This document shows positions 10,972 to 23,676 of a DNA stretch of 64,000 nucleotides, piece after piece. The notes under the pieces were generated by a model. The model was not told where the DNA came from. It saw only the letters and a program-made list of their open reading frames with translations, and searched no databases. Source of the DNA: Guillardia theta CCMP2712 (taxonomy: Eukaryota; Protista; Cryptophyta); the NCBI RefSeq assembly GCF_000315625.1, contig NW_005434631.1:441891-505890 (forward strand). The letters run 5' to 3'. How positions within the stretch are numbered: the first letter of the stretch is position 1; each line of letters begins with the position of its first letter. The position numbers and the translations under genes were made by a program.

Positions 10972-12860
10972 ATGCCTCTCAACCCCGCCTCAGCATGTTT
11001 CGTTCCTCAGGGCGAGCTAGCTTTCGTCACTGACCTGCCCAAGGCGGAAGAAGCCCGTGCCTCGAACAAGGAGCACGAAGAACTCGTTGAGGACGATGTC
11101 TGGGACGAAGATGAAGCCGAGCTTTCGTGTCGAGAGACGAGGAAGCAGCAGGCTGTCTCCTCTCCCGTCGACATTCCCTGCGCCCTGCCCAGGTCCCGCC
11201 CAAGCTCGTTCAGGAAGTGCCTTCCGGAGCCAACGCTCAATGACAGGCCGCAGCTCGCCCTGATGCGGGTTGACTCGGGTATAGAGCTGACGGAGTTGGA
11301 CTTCGACGAGATTCTGTTCTCCGACCCTCCCACTGTGCGAGCAAAGTCGCTCTCTCCCCGAGCAAGGTTCTTCGGCGAGGATGACGGATCTCGCCCCGAG
11401 CTTCTCTGGGCGTCCTGCTATGACTCCCCCGCACAAGTGAAAAGCAGCAGCGACTGCCTGCTGAGAAGCGGAGGGAGCGACAAGGGGAGGAACGAAGCTA
11501 CGGAGAGACCCGAGGGGAGCTCGGAGAAGAAGATCAACAAAGTCACGGTCGATGACTTCGAGATCCTGCACATGATTGGGGAGGTTGGTGCTCCCTCTCC
11601 TCGTCTCCCCCTTTCCTCACTTGGTCGTGGCAGGGTGGGTTCGGCAAGGTCTATCAAGTGCGGAAGCATGACAGCGGGAAGATCTACGCGATGAAGTGCA
11701 TGAGGAAGGAGGTTGTTCTTAAGGACAACCTGCGAGGCACCAAAGCCGAGAGAAGTGTCATGAGCAGACTCCGTCATCCCTACATCGTCACCATGCACTA
11801 TGCTTTCCAGGTAGATGAGAGATGATGGCGATGGTGGGGTGAGGCTGGTGGAAGGAAAGCAGCAGAGGGAGGGTGATGACAGCATCTGACGAGTTTCAGT
11901 GCAAGGGAAGGCTCTACCTGATCATGGACTACTTTCCCGGCGGTCAATTCCTTGATCTCCTGCATAAGAATGCCCCTTTCTCTGCCGAAGCTGCGCAGGT
12001 TCCTCTTGCTGCTTGTCCTCTGACTCCTTCTCTCGCTCACGTCCATGCAGATCTACACGGCTGAGGTGACACTGGCGCTTGAGGAGCTGCATGCTAACGG
12101 CATCGTTCACCGCGATCTCAAGCCGGAGAACATCCTCGTCGACGCCGCTGGTCACCTCGTCGTCACGGACTTCGGTTGCTCTAAGGTGCACGAGGACGGA
12201 GACTGCAGCAGCCCCATCCGCTCGCAGTCGTGGGCAGGCACGGAGTTGTACATGGCGCCCGAGCAGCTGAAGAAGGACGAGTACGGGCAGGAGGTTGACT
12301 GGTGGGCGCTGGGGGTCCTGGCGTGGGAGATGGTGACGGGGGATCATCCGTTCTACCACGACAACCGCAAGGTGATCTACAACAACATCCTCCGCAAGAA
12401 GCTCGTGCTGCCTGCCTGGCACAAGAAGGAGGTACAGGCGTTTCTCAAGGGCCTCCTCTCCCGCGACCCGAGCAAGCGTCTCGGGGCGAGCTCGGGGGCC
12501 AAGGAGGTGAAGGAGCATCCCTTCTTCAAGGGGGTGAAGTTCGACGCCATCCTCCGCAAGGAGGTCGCGGCGCCTCTTCGATCTCACGCGCTGTCGGGGG
12601 ACGAGCTTGACGTTTCCGCTCACTCCAAGCGATACACATCAGCCAAGGCAGAGCTGTCTCCTCTCCTTTCCCCCATGCTCTCCACATCAGGGCAGGAGCA
12701 TTTCTCCGGCTTCTCCTTCTACGGAGAGGCCTGGAACAACGATTCCTTCGCTCTTCCTGCTGCTGCTGTGCGGATGGAGGAGAAGAGGATGGAGCAGGAG
12801 CTCATCAACGGCAATATTCCCTTCTCCCCCTCATCGCTTCCTACTGCCGCTGTCTTTTAG
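10972..12860 (+). CDS. AGC-family Ser/Thr kinase, S6K-like
   Basis: Spliced: DDFEILHMIGE|GGFGKVYQVRK...YAMK...HPYIVTMHYAFQ|CKGRLYLIMDY...HRDLKPEN...DFG...GTELYMAPE...VDWWALG. C-terminal hydrophobic motif FSGFSFY. Confidence 0.9.
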
Positions 12861-13197
12861 CTACTCAAACACTCCTGTACATGTGTTGCTTCCTTCCAAG
12901 GACATGTTGGAGGAAGTTTTTTGATGCGACGCGCTTTAGTCTCATTAGGCTTTTTGACCTTGAAATGAACCTCCAATGTTTCAACGACATCGATGTGAAA
13001 TCCTGAGGCTCCCCACTCCTCATTTGACTTCTTCTGTCCCCCTCCCCTCCCTCCTTCTTCTCTCCCTCCATTTTTGTCTCATCTCCAGGTTTTCGAGTGA
13101 TGCCAACCGTCATAACGGCAAGCAGAAGGAGAGCACAAGAATACTTCAAGTCAAACTAGAAATGATGAGGGTGAAGAGCTAAAGGGGAGACGGTCGA

Positions 13198-15176
13198 TCA
13201 GTGAATGGCGGCTTCCAGTTCCTGCCCAGCCATCAGCAAGCACATGGAGAAAGGAAAGGAGTCAGGCCACCTTGGAGATGTTGCGCCGGGTCTTCTTCAC
13301 GAGCTGCTTCAACTTGCAGAGAGTTCCACAAGATCGCGACCCCTTGGCGAAGAGAGGAGTCGTGTGATCCTCCTCAGCCTGAGTGTACTCTGGCATGGGC
13401 ACAGACTGCTCGTAGTTGAGCTCCTGCTCGAGGCTCCGAGCCTTGCTCTTGTACTTCTGCATCTCCTTCTGCATCGTCTTGATCTCCTTCTCCTCCTTAT
13501 CGGATGGTTGCGCTGGGAGAACCTTGACTGCCTTCTTCTCGGAGTCTGCGAGCTTGTCCACCTTGTGGTTAATCTATCGCCCCGTCAGTCTGACTCCCTT
13601 CCTTGCATCCTTCTCACCTTGCTCACGTCCTTAGCCAGCGAGGTGACAACTCTCACCAACGTCTGCGTCTCAGCGCTCTCACTCTGAGGAGCCAGTGATG
13701 CAGCCTTGCGGGCAGCAGCCGGTCGATCCGCGCGCTCCTTCTGCTTCACCTGCACGCCATCAACCAAACGCAACCTCGGCAGCCTTCCTGACCTCTCGCA
13801 AGATCTTCAATGCTTTCTGTCGCAACTCGGACAGGGAGGGCTCGTTGTCCTTGGACCGTTGAGACAGCGTCTGGGTGCGAGAAGCTTGCTGCCTCGGCTG
13901 CGACTGCGCATGGACGTGCTTCAAATCCTGCACTTGAGTCTGCAACTCATTAATCTCCTGCTTCTCCTGCGTCAGCTTCCCAGATACTTTCTGCATGGCC
14001 AGCGTATCCTTAGCAGTCTCGTCCCTGCGAGGATGCGAATCAGACGGCAATCAAGAGCTTTCTCCTTCCTCACCTTCCCCGAGCTGCGACGTTGCCGCTC
14101 TCATGGTGCACCGGCTCGACGTGCTTGAGCGACACGTCGTCAAGGTCCTTCATGTCCTTGGAGTAGGCGCCCGACTTGGGCCAGTCGAACTTCTTCTCGC
14201 CCTTCTGGAGGCAGGGAGGAGTACCAGGGATAAACACCTTCTTGTTTCCCTTGAGCCCTCCTGCTGGCTCCTGCCACACCGGGTTCATGATCTCCACCGC
14301 CCCCCGGAGCACCTTGTCCCAGCGGGTGGGGTACTGCTCCTGGTAGTTGTACCCGATGTACATGATGTAGCCACACGAGCAAGGCCTTCCGTCCTTCTCG
14401 GCGAGCGGGCAGTCTCGCGGGAGGACCTTGACAGGAGGCATGCCTTCATCGGGGCTCTGGGCCTCACAGAACTTGATCATGAAGACAGGGCTAGAGCGAG
14501 GAGTTCCCCACAACACCTCTGTGCCCGAGGGCAAGGAATCCTTCTTGACAGCCGTGACCGAGATTCCCTTCTGAGGAAGAACCTCTGGTGCTACTCGCAT
14601 GCAGTCCGGAACGTCCTCGAGGCGCCTGTAAGGTCCAGGGCTGTAGTTGCCATCCGCCGGCTCGATGGTGTAGAAAAAGTACGAGTTGATGAACTCAATC
14701 GATAGAATGCCGCCGGTGAGAACGAGCATGTTACCGTTGGCCACGAAGTTGCGGATCCTCTGGCCGATCATCTTGTGCGTGTTGTACACCGGGAAGTCCC
14801 ACTCCATGGGCGGAATGACGATGGTGCTGCAGCACGTTTCACTGATCTTCCTGAACCTCTGAGACCGGAACGTAGCTACTCCGTTGTTGCCTAGGAACAT
14901 CGGATCCCTCCATTCCCCTCCCTCGATGATCCCCATGTGCAGAAGGTGCCGGATGTGCTCCCCGCTGCCGGTGAAACGATGGTTGGTGCTGGGCCCCCAC
15001 CAGAGGTAGAGGTTGGCAGGAGCGGAGTAAGGGTCGTGAGACTCGAGGTCGACCTTGAGCAGGAGCTCGTCAGTTCCTTCTGTGCTCTCTTCCCGCATCT
15101 TCATCGCCAGTACGATGAGACAGGTAGCAACGCCGAGCGCCGCCATCGCGACCCCCGCCACGCGACCCCTCCCCAT
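13198..15176 (-). CDS. Type II membrane protein with a globular (possibly GATase-like) domain and coiled-coil C-terminus
   Basis: N-terminal TM VAGVAMAALGVATCLIVLAM. Long exon containing IRNFVANGNMLVLTGG. Downstream Lys/Glu/Gln-rich exons end ELEAAIH* at 13198. Confidence 0.7.
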
Positions 15177-16187
15177 GGCGTCTCTTCGGCTGACTTGTGA
15201 GTGGGGGATGTGGTCCACTAGTGCAGAATTGACCACGTGGGGCGGGCCCAGTGATATCAGTTAACTAATGTTTAGATCGCAAGGTGACTGAGCGGCTCCG
15301 GATCCCTCCGAGTGTCCGTCGGCCCGGAGTTGGAGGGGAGGGGTGGTTTAGAGGGCAAAATGGGGGGTGAGGTAGCAACGGTGTAAAGGTTTCTGGGGTA
15401 CAAAGAGCTCGCTCCAAAAAGTTGTTATTCAATATATGGTTTTAATCATTTTTTTGTTTTATATTGTACCTCTCCGATCTCCTGTTCTGGTACTGCTGAA
15501 ACCTAAGGTATGTTTTAAAAACACTTTTCAAGCAGAGTATGGCACAAAGTCTCATACATGTGTATTATATTTGTACAAGTATTTTAGATGTCTTGTCGAC
15601 TCGGTGTAAAGCCTCACCCCATATTTAGAGGCCTCAAGGAGGGTGGATGGATACCACCCCTACCAGGTCATTTCAGCCAAAATGAGCGTAAATATACCGG
15701 TGCGTACCACCCCCTATTGTCGTTTCCACCCTACCTGGTTCTGAGTGTATTACACGTGCTGTTCGCGTTGACCCAGATTACAACAATGTATTGGGGTTAA
15801 TAAACTTCCTATAAATATTGAAATCATAAGAGGAGTTTTCAAAACATTTGAACACCCTCCAAACCGGGAGAGGAGGTGTTTGTGTGTGGGTCAACACACT
15901 TGCAGGGTGAAGATGAAGATTAGACGACGATGAGAGGAAAGGGGAGGACGGGGAAGTGGAGGCGGATCATGAGGAGAAGCAAGACGACAAGGAGGAGTAG
16001 GAGCAAGAGGAGCAGGGGCAGGGGCAGGGGAAGGGGCAGGGGAAGGGGCAGGGGCAGGGGCAGGAGGAGCTGGGAGAGGAACAGGAAGGTGCCAGTGGAG
16101 TTTTTGTCAACAGATTTGGGTAAAGGAGAGGTCGGTGCCCACACCAACAAGTCCTGAGATGCTGAGCAGCCTTAGTAGTCCACGAGA

Positions 16188-16231
16188 TTAGTCTATGCTT
16201 AGTCTGTGGTTAGTCTATGCTTAGTCTATGC
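16188..16231 (+). repeat. 4 x 11-bp tandem repeat TTAGTCTATGC upstream of METH
   Basis: Units start at 16188, 16199 (variant TTAGTCTGTGG), 16210 and 16221. Confidence 0.85.
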
Positions 16232-16460
16232 TGAGGGCAATGGTGGAAGTCAATGCTCTTGAGGACAACAGGAAAGAGAGCCGACTAGAATTCGACTCGA
16301 CTGATGTAAGGGTTGATGATAGATTAAGATGGTCAGAATGCTGGTAGAGTCAAAGGAGTCTGTTATTGTCTGGCAATGACTGCACTTGACTGTGTTTGTT
16401 GTTTACTTCCAAGTATTTCAGTCCTCGTCTCCGTTTCACTGAGTCTGTTTTCTGGCAGTC

Positions 16461-19400
16461 ATGGCAACGCTCAACAGGTGGTGCCCCATCCAAGAGGATG
16501 TGGAAGATTATTTGTGCGCCACTTTGAAGGAGGTAGGGAGTTGCTCTTGGGCTTGCGCTGAGATTGACTTTACTCTCGAAGAGGATCATGGTGATCGATG
16601 GTGCGATGGGTACTGTGATCCAGCAGTACAAGCTGCAGGCACATGAGCCTCTAGAACTTGAAGCAAGCTTCTCTGACCCTCTTGGCAGGAGGCAGATTTC
16701 AGAATGTCTGCTAAGTTTGCCGGCGACGACAACTGGTGCGATGACAAGTAAGTATCAATGCTGGAATCACTTGGATGGTGCCTGACCTCCTGACAGGTTC
16801 AAGGATCACCCCAAGGAGCTCAAGGGCAACAACGACCTTCTCTCCTTGACGCGACCAGACGTACAGCTCTGCTCTTCGCTGTGCTTTGTTGACGTGGGGT
16901 TAGGTCATCAATGAGATCCATAGGCGATACTTCGATGCTGGTGCTGACATCTGTGAAACCAACACCTTCTCTGGCACCACCGTTGCCCAGGTAACTGACT
17001 GTTCACTGCGCTTCTGCATTCCTGACCCACTGCCAGGCCGACTATGGTCTTGAGCACTTGGTTCCTGAGATCAACTACAAGTCAGCGAAGCTCTGCAAGA
17101 TGGTGAGACGCGGAGAGTTGGTCGGTTGTTGTTGATGCCTTTGACAGGCTGCCATCGAAGTCGAGAAGAACACTGGCAGGAGGCGCTTTTGCGGTGAAAC
17201 CTATAGAACGTGCTTGAGTTCATCACTGACTTGCATGAATGATAGCTGGAGCTGTTGGGCCAACCAACAGAACGCTCTCGATCTCCCCTAAAGTTGAGAA
17301 TGCAGCATTTAGAAACATCACGTTCCAGGAGCTCGTGACCGCATACAAGGATCAAGTGAAGTCTCTCGTCGAGGGTGGTTGCGATCTTCTCTTCGTTGAG
17401 ACCATCTTCGATACTCTCAATGCCAAGGCTGCCTTGTTCGCCATCGACGTGTTCTTCGAGGAGTACAATGTCAAAATGCCCATTGTCATCTCCGGAACTA
17501 TTGTCGACATGTCTGGTCGTACCTTGTCCGGACAGACCACCGAGGCCTTCTGGGTCAGCGTCTCCCACGCCCAGCCCTTGTGCGTCGGGCTCAACTGTGC
17601 CCTTGGACCAGACCAGATGAGGCCGTTCATGACGAGGCTTTCCAATGTCGCCACCTGCTTCACGCACGCCTACCCCAATGCTGGTCTTCCCAACGCCATG
17701 GGAGGATACGATCTCAACCCAGCGGACATGGCGCCGAAGCTCCGCGAATGGGCCAAGGATGGGCTCGTGAACCTCGTTGGCGGATGCTGTGGAACGACTC
17801 CCGACCATATCAAGGCGATCGCTGACGCTGTTGCCGACGTGAAGCCCTGTAGGGTCATTCCTGAACCTGTCAACAAGATGCGCTTGTCTGGACTTGAGGA
17901 TCTCACTGTTGACAAGTCTCTCCTCAACTTCGCCAACATCGGAGAGCGTTGCAACGTGGCTGGTTCCATCCGCTTCAAGAAGTTGATCATTGCCAACGAC
18001 TGGGCTAAGGCAGCTGAGGTTGCACAGAAGCAGGTTGAAGATGGTGCTCAGCTCGTGGACATCAACTTTGATGACGGTATGCTTGACGGCGTTGACTGCA
18101 TGAAGAAGTTCTGCAACTTGATCGCGACCGAGCCAGAGATCGCCAAGGTCCCCATGGTGATCGACTCGTCAAAGTTTCACATCTGCATTGCTGGCCTCGA
18201 GTGCCTGCAAGGCAAGTGCATCGTGAACTCGATCTCTCTCAAGGTTGGAGAAGAGGAGTTCAAGCAGCAAGCAAAGTTGATCAAGCGATATGGCGCAGCG
18301 GTCATTGTCATGGCCTTCGACGAGCAGGGTCAGGCTGCAGGATACGAGGACAAGGTCCGTATCTGTCAGCGAGCGTACAAGATTCTTGTGGAGGAGGTGA
18401 AGTTCAACCCCTTCGACATCGTTTTCGATCTCAACATCCTGACCATCTGCACTGGTCTCGAGGAGCACAACAACTATGGCGTTGACTTCATCAATGCCAC
18501 CAAGACTGTCAAGGAGACCTGCCCAGGAGCTAAGATTTCTGGAGGCTTGTCCAACCTCTCCTTCTCTTTCCGTGGATTGGAATCGATCCGTGAGGCTATG
18601 CACGGTGTGTTCCTGTACCATGCCATCAAGAACGGCATGGACATGGCGATTGTCAACGCAGGAAACCTTCCTATCTACGATGACATCGAGAGCGAGCTTC
18701 GCAATCTGTGCGAGGACGCGATCCTCAACAGATCGTCGGAGGCCACCGAGAAGATGTTGGAGCTTGCGGAGAAGGAGAAGCAGCGCTTGGAGGAGCTCAA
18801 GGCTGGAGGAGGTGACAAGGTCAAGAAGGCCGCGGCGGAATGGAGGAACCAGCCTGTGAAAGGTCGTCTGATCCACGCGCTGATCAAGGGGCTTGACGAA
18901 TTCATCGAGGCTGATGTGGAGGAGGCTCGTGTGGACAAGGATGCATACCCTGCCCCCCTAAACATCATCGAAGGACCGCTCATGGAGGGTATGAACATCA
19001 TCGGAGACCTCTTCGGGGCCGGCAAGATGTTCTTGCCTCAAGTGATCAAGTCTGCGCGTGTGATGAAGAAGGCTGTCGCGTACCTCACCCCCTTCATGGA
19101 GGAGGAGAAGGCCAGGAAGATGGCCGAGAACCCCGATCTTGCCGTTCAGAAGCCTGGCTGTGTTCTAATTGCCACAGTCAAGGGAGACGTGCACGACATC
19201 GGCAAGAACATTGTTGCTGTCGTTCTCGGTTGCAACAACTACGAAGTTATTGACATGGGTGTCATGTGCCCTTGCGAGAAGATCCTTGACAAGGCGCAGG
19301 AGGTTGGAGCGGATGTCATCGGCCTCTCGGGCCTCATCACCCCCTCCCTTGACGAGATGGTGACCGTTGCCAAGGAGATGCAGCGTCGCAACATGAAGGT

Positions 19401-20817
19401 CCCCCTTCTCATCGGAGGCGCCACTACCTCTCGCATGCACACTGCTGTCAAGATCGAGCCCTGCTACCCCAACGCCCCCGTCATCCACGTCCTCGATGCT
19501 TCTCGTGCTGTTTCCGTTGTCTCGTCCCTGCTCGACGAGCAGCTCAAGGTGCGTGCTGACGTCAGCAGCAAGCGCAAGCTAAATGATGATTGCAGGATGA
19601 CTTCGCCGCTGACACCCGCGAGCTGTATGAGGAGATGAGGGAAGAGCACTATGCTTCTCTCGAGGAGAGGAAGTTCAAGTCTCTCGAGCAGTCGCGTCAG
19701 CTTCCCCTCAAGGTGGACTGGAAGAACCGATCGGAGAAGCCGGTTAAGCCCAGCTTCCTCGGCCGCCGCAAGTACGTCAACGTGCCTCTCGAGGAGCTGC
19801 TGCCCTACATCGACTGGAACCCCTTCTTCGCTGTCTGGCAGCTTCGCGGCAAGTACCCCAACCGCGGATACCCCAGGATCTTCGAGGACGAGGCGGTCGG
19901 CGCTGAGGCCAAGAGGGTTTTCGATGACGCACAGAAGATGCTCAAGTCGATTGTCGACGGTAGAAAGCTCCAGGCCAATGGCGTTGTCGCCTTCTACCCC
20001 GCCAATGCTGTTGGGGATGATATCGAGGTGTACGAGGACGATTCTAGGTCACAGGTCAAGGCGGTGCTCTGCACCCTCCGACAGCAGGAGCTGCGTGAGG
20101 AGCAGTCCGAGTACTTGGCCATGTCAGACTTCATCGCTCCAAAGGGCTCGGGAGTGGAGGACTACATCGGTCTCTTTGCTGTCACCGCGGGTCTTGGTAT
20201 GGAGAAGCTGATCGCCTCATACGAGGAGAAGAACGATGACTACGGCAAGATCATGGCTCAGGTTGGTTCACCTGCTGACTGCTGAGTTGGTGCCGATGCT
20301 TAACTGACTTGTTCTTCAGGCTCTCGCTGACCGTCTGGCCGAGGCCTTTGCGGAGAAGCTTCACTTGGACGTGCGCGTCAAGGAGTGGGGCTACTGCCCC
20401 AGCGAGGGCCTCTCCCCCGAGGACCTTATCAAAGTCAAGTACGAGGGCATCCGCCCGGCTCCTGGTTATCCTTCGCAGCCCGACCACACGGAGAAGAAAG
20501 TTATGTGGGAGCTCCTCTCTGCCGATGGTATAGTGCCCTCCTCCTCCCTTTTCTCTTTCCTCTCATCTCTCCCCCTCTCTTGTGCTCGCATGTTTGACTA
20601 TTGGCCGGCAGAGCTCGCCGACATCACTCTCACGGAGTCCCTGGCGATGATGCCCGCTGCTTCCGTCTCTGGTCTCTACTTCGCCAATCCCGAGAGCAAG
20701 TACTTCGCTGTCGGCAAGATCTGCAAGGATCAGGTGGAGGACTACGCTTCTCGCAAGAAGATGGATGTCGAGGAGACGGAGCGATGGCTCGCGCCCATCC
20801 TCGGCTACGACAGATGA
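16461..20817 (+). CDS. metH: Cobalamin-dependent methionine synthase (multi-exon)
   Basis: [42 protein letters not shown]12-binding [19 protein letters not shown] and AdoMet-domain GIRPAPGYP and [10 protein letters not shown] are all present in order. Confidence 0.97.
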
Positions 20818-21016
20818 GCGTCAGGGCTGCAGTAGAAGCGAGCAAGGCTTGTTATTGTTTCGTGGCGAACGTGGGGCGTCAGCAGTCACGTTGCTTCTGT
20901 TCTTATGTAATAAAGCAAACCAAGAGTATGTCTTCACTACCTGTGAGAGAATCACGGAAAGGAGTAGGTTAGCTGCCAGTCAGAGAGATTTTCGTTGACA
21001 CATGACTACTCCTTGT

Positions 21017-21860
21017 CTAGAGAGTCGATCGTCGGACGAGCTGGGAGAGGAGCAGGTCTCGGTGAGCTACAACAGCTGGTGTCTGTGCCTTGACTGCCGT
21101 GTATCCCGCGATGCCCTCACGATCGCTTGCCGAGGTGGATCCCACAAACCCCCAAGAGTTCGGGAGGCATGAAGTACAGGGGTTGCTGCCGTATGTGGAC
21201 TTGTAAGTGCCGGCCAGGCAGGCCACACAGGGGAACACGCCATCTCTACGATCCTCCCCGGGGGGCGTCACTTTCGTGCTCCTGTCACCCAGTGTGGTGC
21301 CGATGGGGCATGTGATGCGGAAGGTCTGACCCGCGCTGTCCACGTGGCTCCCACTCGGGCAGTTGACGCTCTCCTTGGCACCAACGTCGAGAAGCATCCC
21401 GGCCTTGCAGCTGCAATCGCGGGTCGAGGCACTACGGGACACGTGACACCATCGGAGAAGAGCGAGGTGATCTTGTCCTTGTACACATCCCTCGGGTACT
21501 TCACGCACTGGTGCACAATGGAGTAATTCCCCGCGTGACATGAAAGCTGGTCGCAATACCGCTCGCCCTGGTAGAAACCCGGGTTGCAGACACCTCCAAG
21601 ACTGCAAAGAGGAGAGGAGAGGAGAGAAGAGGAGAGAAGAGGAGAGGAGAGAAGAGGAGAGAAGAGGAGAGGAGAGGAGAGGAGAGGAGAGGAGAGGAGA
21701 GGAGAGGAGAGGAGAGGAGAGGAGAGGTCCCGATTGGCATTGGAAGCATCGGACATTCGCATGCAGATCGAGTGACGTGCTGCTCGAGTCTCTCTCGATC
21801 AGCTCGAGTACGATCCATCTCGTCAGAGGGCCGTAGAACCACTCCATGGAGCATTGGGCG
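21017..21860 (-). pseudogene. Degenerate Cys-rich (GCC2/GCC3, ephrin-receptor-like) repeat gene fragment
   Basis: CVACLAGTYKSTYGSNPCTSCLPNS, CNPGFY and CHAGNYS lie in different frames and are interrupted by a GAGAG microsatellite. Confidence 0.5.
21608..21727 (+). repeat. (GAGAG)n pentanucleotide microsatellite
   Basis: Directly visible. Confidence 0.95.
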
Positions 21861-21931
21861 CTGTCTACCTCCTTGGCTCCCTCCCCGCCACCCTCAGCCA
21901 TCTTCTCTCCCTCTCCTCCTCTGCCTCCTCC

Positions 21932-22522
21932 TCAGATCGCCCCCGCCGCCCTCAGGAAGTGCTTCTGCGCATGCGACCGCACCTGCTGTACCGTCCGCGT
22001 CCCCACGTAGGTCGAGATCTGCCGCGCGACCCCGAACCCCAGCCCTACCGACACCCCGCTGCCCCCGCACCCTCCTGGTCCCCCCTGGGGCGGCCCGAAA
22101 AGCTCCAGCGCCGTTAGGAAGCGCTCCTCCTCCTCCTCCGTCCAGGGGTGCCGCCTGTACGCTGGTGCCTTGCCCTTTTTCCGCCTGGAGGAGCTCGCAG
22201 GTGGGAGTAGCTGAGGGGTCTGAGCTGGGAGGGCTGCTGGAGGGAGGCTGCTGTCGGGGCCCTGCCCATCGGCGACGTCTTCTTGCAGAGACAAGAAGAC
22301 GCTCGGGTCGACGTCGCACTTGTCCGCCTCGTGGGGATGAGAAGGAGGGAGGGGGAGGAGGAAGAGGGCATCGGCGTAGGAGTCGAGGGGGGGAGTCGAG
22401 GGAGGGGGAGGAGGAGAGGGCGAGGTAGGGAGCGAGAGACGGGGAGGAGGAGGGAGGGAGGGAGGGAGGAAGGGAGGGAGGGAGCAAGTGTTGTGATCGA
22501 AGGGTGAAGCAAGATCGGACAT
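21932..22522 (-). CDS. SHAQKHF-class Myb-like transcription factor (left copy)
   Basis: WTEEEEERFLTALELFG...GTRTVQQVRSHAQKHF, with an in-frame ATG at 22522. Confidence 0.8.
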   Translation of the reverse strand: MSDLASPFDHNTCSLPPFLPPSLPPPPRLSLPTSPSPPPPPSTPPLDSYADALFLLPLPPSHPHEADKCDVDPSVFLSLQEDVADGQGPDSSLPPAALPAQTPQLLPPASSSRRKKGKAPAYRRHPWTEEEEERFLTALELFGPPQGGPGGCGGSGVSVGLGFGVARQISTYVGTRTVQQVRSHAQKHFLRAAGAI

Positions 22523-23130
22523 CACTGACTGTCTCCATGCAAGAAAGATTCCGTCGTGTTTCAAGCATCATTCCTTGATATGCGGACTTGTCATGCACAA
22601 TACTGGCATGACCACTACCCACCTACCTTACTACACGACTACCCACCCCTGCAGCACAGCTCTGTCAAATCTTTTCGTGACGTCAAACAGTACGGAGGAG
22701 TAAGGGGTGGTTTGATGGAATGGAGGGGGTGGGGGTCTGTCACCCCCCCGCTATCTTCCGTCAAGGGCCGTCTTGGAATGGATGGCAGATACAACAACCC
22801 ACCCCAACTCCATCATTCTTGCCTTCCAATGGGGGGTAGTGGTACCTGATCCAGCGAGCCTTGTACCGTCAAAAGTAATTTTAGTCAGCTGCCAGGAGCC
22901 CTTGACTAACGGCGACAGTCATCCTTCATCCCACCATTCCTCTGCCTCCTCCTTGCCGTTCAGTGCGACTTCTCCTTGAAGGTTGACCTGTCGTGCCTAG
23001 CCCTCTCCAACCTCCTGACCTGTCGTGTCGACAGGTACTCACCTGTCCTCTCCCTCCTCTCCGTTTGACTTCCATCTCCTCTCCCTTCAATTCCATCTCC
23101 TCAACCAAAAACCCGGTTTCCCGATGCAAA

Positions 23131-23676
23131 ATGACCTCCATGAAGCTGGTCTCCATTTCCGATGGGGCAACGACCACGTCCCCATCCTCGACAACCTCCC
23201 CTACCTCCCTCCTCCTCCCCGTCTCTCGCTCCCTACCTCGCCCTCTCCTCCTCCCCCTCCCTCCTTCTGATCCCCACGAGGCGGACCAGTGCGACGTCGA
23301 CCCGAGCGTCTTCTTGTCTCTGCAAGAAGACGTCGCCGATGGGCAGGGCCCCGACAGCAGCCTCCCTCCAGCAGCCCTCCCAGCTCAGACCCCTCAGCTA
23401 CTCCCACCTGCGAGCTCCTCCAGGCGGAAAAAGGGCAAGGCACCAGCGTACAGGCGGCACCCCTGGACGGAGGAGGAGGAGGAGCGCTTCCTAACGGCGC
23501 TGGAGCTTTTCGGGCCGCCCCAGGGGGGACCAGGAGGGTGCGGGGGCAGCGGGGTGTCGGTAGGGCTGGGGTTCGGGGTCGCGCGGCAGATCTCGACCTA
23601 CGTGGGGACGCGGACGGTACAGCAGGTGCGGTCGCATGCGCAGAAGCACTTCCTGAGGGCGGCGGGGGCGATCTGA
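23131..23676 (+). CDS. SHAQKHF-class Myb-like transcription factor (right copy, inverted duplicate)
   Basis: Same Myb domain, nearly identical at DNA level to the left copy. The start is uncertain because of a ~53-nt indel. Confidence 0.7.
   Translation: MTSMKLVSISDGATTTSPSSTTSPTSLLLPVSRSLPRPLLLPLPPSDPHEADQCDVDPSVFLSLQEDVADGQGPDSSLPPAALPAQTPQLLPPASSSRRKKGKAPAYRRHPWTEEEEERFLTALELFGPPQGGPGGCGGSGVSVGLGFGVARQISTYVGTRTVQQVRSHAQKHFLRAAGAI

Noticed and set aside
16150-16460. Cobalamin riboswitch upstream of metH
   Set aside because: No recognisable B12-box consensus; only a short 11-bp tandem repeat.
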